IMG/VR virus record: IMGVR_UViG_3300042535_000037
Coordinates: 1 to 36,030 of that record
Source: a virus
Taxonomy: Duplodnaviria > Heunggongvirae > Uroviricota > Caudoviricetes
DNA: 36,030 nucleotides
Direction: 5' to 3' (one strand)
A program made the position numbers and the translations under genes. This document shows positions 18,427-25,486 of this stretch, piece after piece (position 1 is the first letter of the stretch; each line of letters begins with the position of its first letter). Below the pieces are notes generated by a model, which did not search any database, was not told the origin of the DNA, and saw nothing but the letters and a program-made list of their open reading frames with translations.

Positions 18427-19415
18427 AACAGATGTGTATGGATTGCAGTAAGGAGATAGATTCACCTTCTACTGTAACTATTTGTGATTGCGGCTCCGCA
18501 AATGTGGTTCCCGTAGTCGGTAACGTTCAGACTCCAATCGTGAAAAATCCCACAAATAACATCGGATTCGTAGCATCAACCAAGAAAATCTACGAACTTC
18601 TGAAACTGTGCGGTCTTCAGAAAGGAGCAGGCAAGTTTGTCTTTGACAAATACGTTCTTATCGTGAAGCCTGATGGACTCGGAGTATCAGTTATCCAGCA
18701 GACACCAGATGGACAGTTCTACAACTATGGATACGTCAAGAAGTCCTACTTCAACGAATTATGGGGTAACGGCAACATGCCAATCAATGCAATTGAGACT
18801 ATCCCAGACGTTGACTATATGCGAAAGTTCGATAAATGCTACGTCAACTACGATAAAGATAAGGCTGTAGTTCAGGTCTACACAGGAAAAGAACACATCC
18901 TTTCTTCCAGAGCAGAGACAGCAGAAGCAATCATGACAGCCCGCTTCGAGCCTATCAACTTTGACCTTGCTAAGTTCGTACCACTTCCAAAATCAGGTGT
19001 CGTCTTTGACAACATCACATTCGATGTCCGTGTAGCAGACCTGCTCTCTATGGAAGAACTACTCAAGAGAAAGATAGACACAGGAAGCAAGAAGGACAAG
19101 GCTGTATTCTACCCATTCCTGCTCAACGATGAAGGCATATTCCTCTCAATGGGCGATGTAGACAACCCCATTACATCTTCTCTTCACGAAAAGATAGACA
19201 CAATCGAATACAAAAAGCCTGCATCTGCAATGCGTGTCATTGTAGGCGAAGTGCTCACCGATGTTCTCAAGAACCTCGATAAGAGTGCTATCATCCGAAT
19301 CCACGTCATTTCTCCTGAGAATCCAGTATGGGTCTCTACAGAAATCCTTGATGAAGGAAAGGATGTAGGAAGATTTGGATACATCATCTCTACCAAATCC
19401 GAAGAAGAAGAGTAG
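18423..19415 (+). CDS. Putative sliding clamp (PCNA-like) with N-terminal Zn ribbon
   Basis: CMDC...CDC N-terminus; PCNA-like C-terminal pattern VLTDVLKNLDK...IRIHV..PENPVWV....FGYIIS; RFC and PolB nearby. Confidence 0.5.
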   Translation: MKQMCMDCSKEIDSPSTVTICDCGSANVVPVVGNVQTPIVKNPTNNIGFVASTKKIYELLKLCGLQKGAGKFVFDKYVLIVKPDGLGVSVIQQTPDGQFYNYGYVKKSYFNELWGNGNMPINAIETIPDVDYMRKFDKCYVNYDKDKAVVQVYTGKEHILSSRAETAEAIMTARFEPINFDLAKFVPLPKSGVVFDNITFDVRVADLLSMEELLKRKIDTGSKKDKAVFYPFLLNDEGIFLSMGDVDNPITSSLHEKIDTIEYKKPASAMRVIVGEVLTDVLKNLDKSAIIRIHVISPENPVWVSTEILDEGKDVGRFGYIISTKSEEEE

Positions 19416-19430
19416 TCGGAAGACTATATC

Positions 19431-20513
19431 ATGGATGAAACTATTGCTTGGATGTTCCATGCTACACCTCGGTATGTCGGAAATCCCCGACAGACCCTTG
19501 TAGAAAGTGACTATGAAATCACTTCTTACATGGCAGCCAACAGTGGTTTCAACCCATGTTTCATAGGAGTATATCAACAAAACATCATAGACAAAGTATT
19601 TTTCGATATAGACTATGCCTCAATAGACGAAACCCTCAAGGTTTCACAAAAAATGTTTCAATATTGCAAAGACCTAGGAATTAAGCACGTCATCCCTAAC
19701 TGGTCAGGCTCTCGCGGTGCTCATATCTATCCTCTTTTCAAACCTGAAATTCACGATGACCCTGTATACTTACTCCGCAACTTTTCATATGGAGTAATCA
19801 ACGAAACAGGCACGTACTACATCGACAAGGGAAAGAAAGTTCCATATGCAGACACAAGAGTAATAGGCGACCTTCGTAGGCTCTGTCGCTACCCCAACAC
19901 TCAGCGAACTACAGATGGTGGAATTCCAAGAGGTTCCTACTGCATTCCACTCGACCCCGCTCGTTTCATGGACATGGACATCTCTGAAGTCCTAGACCTA
20001 GCCCGTACTCCACAACTCAACATAGAATATGATTTTTCAGTACCTACTAACTCTCTCAAGAGTGTAGCCACTTTCCACGTAGACTACTCAGAATTCAAGT
20101 CATCCAATTTCATTGAAATCGAAGAAGAAATAACAGCAGACTCTCCACATACTGAAACTGGAAAAGCAAGAGCTCTCATGAAAAACATCATCAAACGCCC
20201 TTGCATCTCAAAGTACATCTGCACGAACAACCCACCTGATATGATGAGGGTAGCAGCAGTTATCGAACTTCAGAAACTTGGATACAAGCCAAACTTTATA
20301 TACAACAGACTTGCATCTCTCAACTGGCATGACTTCGACCCCGATGTAACCAAGTATCAAATCTCATCTATATACAAAAAAGGACTTACACCAATCTCTA
20401 AAATGTCCATCAATAATGCCGGATTATGCTTCAATCCAGAAATCAAATGTGGTGAATGCATTCGAAGCCATAGAGAAATTCCAAAAATTCCAAAAAAACA
20501 GGTGATACTATGA
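19431..20513 (+). CDS. Archaeo-eukaryotic primase PriS fused to a PriL/PriX-like C-terminal domain
   Basis: FFDID (DxD), SGSRGAHIY, DLRRLCRYPNT; C-terminal RPCI...RVAAV.EL..LG....DFDPDVTKYQI..I...GLC...C. Confidence 0.8.
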   Translation: MDETIAWMFHATPRYVGNPRQTLVESDYEITSYMAANSGFNPCFIGVYQQNIIDKVFFDIDYASIDETLKVSQKMFQYCKDLGIKHVIPNWSGSRGAHIYPLFKPEIHDDPVYLLRNFSYGVINETGTYYIDKGKKVPYADTRVIGDLRRLCRYPNTQRTTDGGIPRGSYCIPLDPARFMDMDISEVLDLARTPQLNIEYDFSVPTNSLKSVATFHVDYSEFKSSNFIEIEEEITADSPHTETGKARALMKNIIKRPCISKYICTNNPPDMMRVAAVIELQKLGYKPNFIYNRLASLNWHDFDPDVTKYQISSIYKKGLTPISKMSINNAGLCFNPEIKCGECIRSHREIPKIPKKQVIL

Positions 20514-21241
20514 ACCTTGATGTGAAAATAGACTTCCGCGAAAAGAACTCTCAAGTGAATCGTGCATCAATGATGAAAAATTATATCCTTGAACAGAACA
20601 ATGTAGAAATTTTCAAGAATAAAGGAGTAGTTTTCAATCCCACTATAGAATCCCTTCCAGTAGGCGATGTCATCTGTGGAAATGTAGCTGTAGAAATCAA
20701 GATGACTCCCTCGGACCTTATTTCATCTTCTAAAGACGAGCGTCTAAAGAATCAAGTAGAAAACATGTGTGCTAATTTCGAGCATGTCTATCTTATCCTT
20801 ATGTTTTCAGGCTCAGACCTCAGAACACATTGCTCCACTTCTAGAATTCCACCAGAAATGGTACTTGGTCTACTTGCTTCTGTAGAGACTAGAAACAAAG
20901 TTCACGTCAAAAAATACGTAGGTTTCAAAGAAGGCGAAGGTCTCAAAATGGTAATGGATGACCTTCTCAGAATTTTCCCAAAAGCCAACGATGGAAAAGA
21001 AACTGCTATCAATCACAACCCTCAACGTATCCAAGCCTCAACCTCTGACGAGCAAATCAGAGTCCTCACAGGATACCCCATGATTTCTTATGACCGCGCA
21101 AAGAACCTACTTCTCCACTTCGGAACCCTCGACTCTATCTTCCGAGCTTCCGAAAAAGACCTTCTGCAAGTAGACGGAATAGGCAAGAAAATCGCACAAA
21201 AGTTCATAGAAGTCAACCAAAAGCTTTATAACTCTTCATAA
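20510..21241 (+). CDS. ERCC4/XPF-family structure-specific nuclease with HhH2 domain
   Basis: IDFRE, LPVGDV, VEIKMTPSD (ERKxxxD-like); C-terminal AKNLLLHFGTL..I..AS..DL.QVDGIGKKIA. Confidence 0.88.
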   Translation: MNLDVKIDFREKNSQVNRASMMKNYILEQNNVEIFKNKGVVFNPTIESLPVGDVICGNVAVEIKMTPSDLISSSKDERLKNQVENMCANFEHVYLILMFSGSDLRTHCSTSRIPPEMVLGLLASVETRNKVHVKKYVGFKEGEGLKMVMDDLLRIFPKANDGKETAINHNPQRIQASTSDEQIRVLTGYPMISYDRAKNLLLHFGTLDSIFRASEKDLLQVDGIGKKIAQKFIEVNQKLYNSS

Positions 21242-21253
21242 CTTTTTCTCACT

Positions 21254-21691
21254 ATGAAAACATACACTGTAGAAATCATAGACCTGAAGCAAGACTTCGG
21301 TATGGGAATGCCTGATGTCAAAGACATAGAAGCAGCAGACAATAACAGCGCAAGAACCAAAGCCCGTAGAATGCTCTCTAATCAAGGTCTAGTAGAAGGA
21401 AAGGACTACAAAATCACTTCAGTCAAACTCTCCGAACTCGATAAAGATGAAAAGCTGAGATACGTTCTTTTTATTCTGGAAAATAATCATGTTGACGCAA
21501 ATATGATTGACTACTACAATGGAAAGAAAAAGGCAAAACCAAACATGAAAGGGCTTGAGGGAATTCCTCAGTCAGTATGGATAAAAGCCTTTGACATAGC
21601 CAAGAAAAAAGGCAAAATAAGTGTAAAGGTATCCAACGGTGCTGGCAATCATCCAGACTATATTTCCTACAGAGAATATATGAAAAGATAA
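21254..21691 (+). CDS. Hypothetical protein (145 aa); N-terminal domain resembles 29553-29753
   Basis: ORF with a TATA-like box upstream; shares an A.DN..AR......G....DYKI..K motif. Confidence 0.7.
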   Translation: MKTYTVEIIDLKQDFGMGMPDVKDIEAADNNSARTKARRMLSNQGLVEGKDYKITSVKLSELDKDEKLRYVLFILENNHVDANMIDYYNGKKKAKPNMKGLEGIPQSVWIKAFDIAKKKGKISVKVSNGAGNHPDYISYREYMKR

Positions 21692-21758
21692 TCACGACAA
21701 AAATCATACAATTTTGTCGCTATTAAATTTTTTATTTTTTTATTTTTACCAATATCTT

Positions 21759-21766
21759 TTTATATA
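21759..21766 (+). promoter_or_regulatory. TATA box of tnpB
   Basis: TTTATATA ending 20 nt before the GTG start; fits a leaderless archaeal transcript. Confidence 0.65.
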
Positions 21767-21786
21767 TTAAATTCCATTATACTACT

Positions 21787-22926
21787 GTGGCAAAGAAAGA
21801 CGATGGAATAGTAAGAATCGGATACAAGTACCGAGCTTACCCCACCCCTGAACAAAAAGTCTTAATCGACCAGCAGTTCGGAGCTTGTCGCTACGTCTAC
21901 AACTTCGCACTACGCCTCAAACAAAAGGCATACAAGTACGCAAGGGTCAGCCTCGATATCACAAAAGATATCAGACCCCTACTTACCCACATGAAAAAAG
22001 AAGATAAGTGGGAGTGGCTTGCAGATGCCGAATCTCAATCACTATATGAGGCATATCGTAACTTAGAGAACGCTTACGATAGGTTCTTTGACCCTGAATT
22101 AAAAGCAGGGTTCCCACAGTTCAAAACCAAGAAGAATCCTAAGCAGTCGTTCCAAATAACCAACGGTGCAGTGATACCCAATTTTGATGCAGGTTACGTG
22201 CGTATACCCAAGATAGGCAATATACCTATACGTGTCCACAAAGACTTCGTAGGAACTCCAAAGACCGTTACAGTGTCAAGGAAGCCAAGTGGCAAGTACT
22301 ATATCTCAATTCTTAACGAGACAGGAAAGCTATATCCTGAGACTCAATCCTATGAGCCTCACTCAACCCTTGGCATTGACCTTGGACTAAAGAACTTTGC
22401 AGCCCTTTCAACAGGTGAGCTTATACCCAACTCTCACTTTAAAAAGGATTCAGAGCCACGAATCAAGTGCCTACAGCGCAGACTATCCCATAAGAAGATA
22501 GGTTCTGCCAACTTCAAGAAAGCCAAGCTCAAGCTTGCTCGCCTTGAAGAACACATTTCCAATCAACGCTCCTACTTCCACCACAACCTGAGTGCTCGAT
22601 TAGTTAGCGAAAACCAAGCTATTATAGTCGAAAACCTCAATGTTGCTGGTATGCTGAAGAATCCTAAACTTGCAAAATCAATAGCAGACGTAGGATGGAG
22701 TACATTTATTAACCAATTAGAATATAAATCCAAATTACAGGGCAAATATTTCAATAAGGTAGGTAGGTTCTTCCCATCATCGAAGCTATGCTCCGAATGT
22801 GGATACAAGCTACCTTCACTATCCCTTGACATCAGAGAGTGGACTTGCCCTGTCTGTAACACAACTCACGATAGAGACTTCAATGCCTCTATTAATATCA
22901 GAAACACGGCTGTTCAAGTCGGATGA
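21787..22926 (+). CDS. tnpB: TnpB (IS200/IS605 family) RNA-guided nuclease, CRISPR-associated (Cas12-like intermediate candidate)
   Basis: N-terminal YKYRAYPTPEQ...FGACRYVYN; RuvC-I GIDLG, RuvC-II VENLNV, Zn finger CSEC...CPVC, RuvC-III HDRDFNA; all three acidic catalytic residues present. Confidence 0.95.
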   Translation: MAKKDDGIVRIGYKYRAYPTPEQKVLIDQQFGACRYVYNFALRLKQKAYKYARVSLDITKDIRPLLTHMKKEDKWEWLADAESQSLYEAYRNLENAYDRFFDPELKAGFPQFKTKKNPKQSFQITNGAVIPNFDAGYVRIPKIGNIPIRVHKDFVGTPKTVTVSRKPSGKYYISILNETGKLYPETQSYEPHSTLGIDLGLKNFAALSTGELIPNSHFKKDSEPRIKCLQRRLSHKKIGSANFKKAKLKLARLEEHISNQRSYFHHNLSARLVSENQAIIVENLNVAGMLKNPKLAKSIADVGWSTFINQLEYKSKLQGKYFNKVGRFFPSSKLCSECGYKLPSLSLDIREWTCPVCNTTHDRDFNASINIRNTAVQVG

Positions 22927-23030
22927 GCCTACCGAGAGGTCTCACACATCCCATAGGGATAGAGACTCGATGAAGTAGGAAGTAACTTACCCCGAACTCG
23001 CTCGTCAGCGACAACGCTATCAGCTACAGG
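22927..23030 (+). ncRNA. Putative omegaRNA/tracrRNA-like scaffold (may begin inside the tnpB 3' end)
   Basis: Long hairpin 22928-22979 (CCTAC/GTAGG, CGA/TCG, GTCTC/GAGAC, ATCCC/GGGAT) carrying the IS605 right-end-like motif TCGATGAAGTAGGAAG; second hairpin TCGCT/AGCGA at 22998-23011; no TATA box. Confidence 0.65.
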
Positions 23031-23431
23031 GTTAACGACTAAGGTCAGTGACAAGTTGCATTGAAACACAGAAGAAAGTAATGTGGCAGAAGTACCAATT
23101 CTGGTTAACGACTAAGGTCAGTGACAAGTTGCATTGAAACGCAAGAAAAACTCCCATAGATGCAAAAATGGTAGCCTAGTTAACGACTAAGGTCAGTGAC
23201 AAGTTACATTGAAACGAAACCAAACGGTTGACGTGGTAATTATTAGATACTGTCAATGACAAAGTTCAGTGATTTGTTGCATTAAAACTAATCAAGTCCA
23301 AATATAGTGCGATGGCTATTTGTGTCAACAACAAAGTTCGTTGATAAGTTACATTGAAACTGAGACAAGGATACCTCAAAAGGTGTGATGACAAATCAAC
23401 GGCAAAGTTTAGTGATTTGTTGTATTGAAAC
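23031..23431 (+). CRISPR. CRISPR mini-array: 6 repeats of 37 nt and 5 spacers of 36, 38, 36, 35 and 34 nt
   Basis: Repeats at 23031-23067, 23104-23140, 23179-23215, 23252-23288, 23324-23360 and 23395-23431; consensus GTTAACGACTAAGGTCAGTGACAAGTTGCATTGAAAC; R1=R2, R3 has 1 mismatch, R4-R6 are degenerate. Confidence 0.97.
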
Positions 23432-23517
23432 ACGAAAAATTCTTGTATTTTTTCTATAAACAAATATATAAATACAAGAATCATAACGCTTATATACTTA
23501 TATTTCAATGATAAAGT

Positions 23518-23640
23518 ATGACCAAGACTAAAAAGCAAAAAGTATTCAAGGATTATATAGGCGTGGATTTTGAAGAATTTTTACGTTTAGCTTTAATTGC
23601 AAGTATAATAATTTTAACTATAGATATAATGTTATTATGA
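23518..23640 (+). CDS. Small (40 aa) basic-N/C-terminal-TM protein, below the ORF-track cutoff
   Basis: CTTATATA at 23489-23496; translates MTKTKKQKVFKDYIGVDFEEFLRLALIASIIILTIDIMLL*. Confidence 0.5.
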   Translation: MTKTKKQKVFKDYIGVDFEEFLRLALIASIIILTIDIMLL

Positions 23641-23646
23641 GGAAAT

Positions 23647-23970
23647 ATGGAAAATAAAAATAAAAGATATTTAATAACATTTATATTAGCAATAATTTTA
23701 TATTTAGTTAAATCATTGATATTTAATATATTTTTTGTTTTAGCTATATCTTACGTTATATATATTTTCTTAAATAGTGAAATAAAAAATGATGAACAAA
23801 AATTTTCAAAGGTTAATCGTACACTTGAATTGGTATTTATTATTCTTGGTGTATATTTAGTATGGATTTCATTGGTGGATAAAAATAGTATTTATAACAT
23901 CAGTGGAACCTATGTAAATGGTAAAATAGACTTAGTGATAGAAAAAGCTGCTTCCATTCTAAGCTTCTAA
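23647..23970 (+). CDS. AT-rich small membrane protein (107 aa)
   Basis: Three hydrophobic segments; markedly AT-rich DNA. Confidence 0.6.
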   Translation: MENKNKRYLITFILAIILYLVKSLIFNIFFVLAISYVIYIFLNSEIKNDEQKFSKVNRTLELVFIILGVYLVWISLVDKNSIYNISGTYVNGKIDLVIEKAASILSF

Positions 23971-24027
23971 TCCATTACCTTTTTATACATAAAAACCTAT
24001 AATCTACCAATTGAATGAGGTCACTAA

Positions 24028-25074
24028 ATGGACATTTTAGATACAATTGAATTTACGGCTCCTGAAGGAGCAGTTGTAGAAACCGTCACACCGATAGATA
24101 CTGCTTTGTGGTTCGAAAAATATAGACCAAAAAAGCTTGATGATGTGATAGGTCAGGAAGACGTTGTGAAAATTGCGAAATCAAATATTCTAGCAGGCAA
24201 CGTCACAAACTACATATTTGCGGGAGAATCCGGTATAGGAAAGACCACTATTGCTGTCTGTATGGCAAGAGAACTTTTCGGAGACAACTACCGTATTGCA
24301 TTCACAGAATATAACGCATCTGATGACAGAGGCATCAACTTTATTCGTGAAGATATCAAATCCATTGCTTCTAAGAATGCAGGTATGGGAGTCAAGCTGA
24401 GAATTATTCTTCTGGATGAATCCGACCAACTCACTGATGACGCACAGAACGCTCTCAGGCGTATCATAGAGCAATATTCTGCTTACGCTCGCTTCATATT
24501 CACCTGTAACAACAGTTCCCGCATCATAGATGCAATCAAATCAAGATGTACCATGATACGTTTTTCACGTATGAGCGATGAAAACATTTCAAAAATAATT
24601 GAGTACATTGCATTCAATGAGGGTCTCACTATTGCACCGGAAGCCTACCAAGTCTTGATAGACCATGCTGAAGGCGACAACCGTAAGGTCATCAACCTTC
24701 TCCAAAACATAGCGGTAGTCACAAAAGACATCAATGCTTCTACTGCACAGCGTTTCGCCAAGGTTCCAGACAGAGTACTCCTGAAGCAAATCCTAACTAC
24801 AGCCTTTTCAGGTGAATTCGTGAAAGCCCGCCAAACCATGCTCGACACGTACATCAACAACGGTTTTGATGCACTGGATATAATCAAGGCTTGCTACAAG
24901 GTGCTCCCTGAGATGGTAGACGGAATTCCACTCATGAAATCCATGAGTCTCCTTGGAGAAATAGAGCACAGGCTCAATGCTGGCGATAACCCACACATCC
25001 AGCTAAACGCAATGCTCGCGCAACTCGCTCTCATCCAACTGATTCCGGCATCATGCACAGCGATGAGAACCTGA
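24028..25074 (+). CDS. rfcS: Replication factor C small subunit
   Basis: WFEKYRP, GESGIGKT, NASDDRGI, LDESDQLTDDAQNALRR, SRC. Confidence 0.95.
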   Translation: MDILDTIEFTAPEGAVVETVTPIDTALWFEKYRPKKLDDVIGQEDVVKIAKSNILAGNVTNYIFAGESGIGKTTIAVCMARELFGDNYRIAFTEYNASDDRGINFIREDIKSIASKNAGMGVKLRIILLDESDQLTDDAQNALRRIIEQYSAYARFIFTCNNSSRIIDAIKSRCTMIRFSRMSDENISKIIEYIAFNEGLTIAPEAYQVLIDHAEGDNRKVINLLQNIAVVTKDINASTAQRFAKVPDRVLLKQILTTAFSGEFVKARQTMLDTYINNGFDALDIIKACYKVLPEMVDGIPLMKSMSLLGEIEHRLNAGDNPHIQLNAMLAQLALIQLIPASCTAMRT

Positions 25075-25328
25075 TGTTCTATGTGTATATCCTTGACTGC
25101 GGAAAATCCGTATACACAGGACATACACAAGACCTTCTTGTACGATGGCAACAGCATAAGAGCGGAAAGGGTGCTAAATTCACAAAGTTGAATCCACCCA
25201 AATCCCTCTTATACTATGAAATCTATCCTACTAGAAGTGAAGCGATGAAACGCGAAATTTTCATCAAGAAACTAACAAGGAAGCAAAAGCTGGAATTATG
25301 TCAAAATCAGAAACCGAAGAACAACTAG
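25074..25328 (+). CDS. Standalone GIY-YIG nuclease (UPF0213/YhbQ-like)
   Basis: MFYVYILDC..SVYTGHTQDL..RWQQH.SGKGAKFT...EAMKRE..IKKL; TGATG overlap with the rfcS stop. Confidence 0.88.
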   Translation: MFYVYILDCGKSVYTGHTQDLLVRWQQHKSGKGAKFTKLNPPKSLLYYEIYPTRSEAMKREIFIKKLTRKQKLELCQNQKPKNN

Positions 25329-25486
25329 CACACAGAATCTACAAATCGTGGTGCGTTGGTCTTCTCAAAGAAGATGATATCACAAATGACCAGCTAATAC
25401 TACTCTACAGACATTATCCATTCATATTTACTCCATATCAGAAATTTCTCATGAAAAGGTGGCTACAAGAAAATGGCATCCGATGA
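25298..25486 (+). CDS. Small hypothetical protein (62 aa)
   Basis: Fills the gap and overlaps both neighbours in operon fashion. Confidence 0.55.
   Translation: MSKSETEEQLAHRIYKSWCVGLLKEDDITNDQLILLYRHYPFIFTPYQKFLMKRWLQENGIR

Noticed and set aside
23004-23014. GTCAGCGACAA resembles repeat positions 14-24, suggesting a degenerate repeat 0
   Set aside because: Flanks do not align to the repeat, spacing leaves no spacer, and the bases belong to a local hairpin
21692-23431. Calling the tnpB locus an intact IS605/IS1341 mobile element
   Set aside because: No tnpA and no recognisable right-end terminal hairpin or cleavage site; the array occupies that position
23266-23538. 90-aa minus-strand ORF
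   Set aside because: Overlaps CRISPR repeats and spacers; spurious
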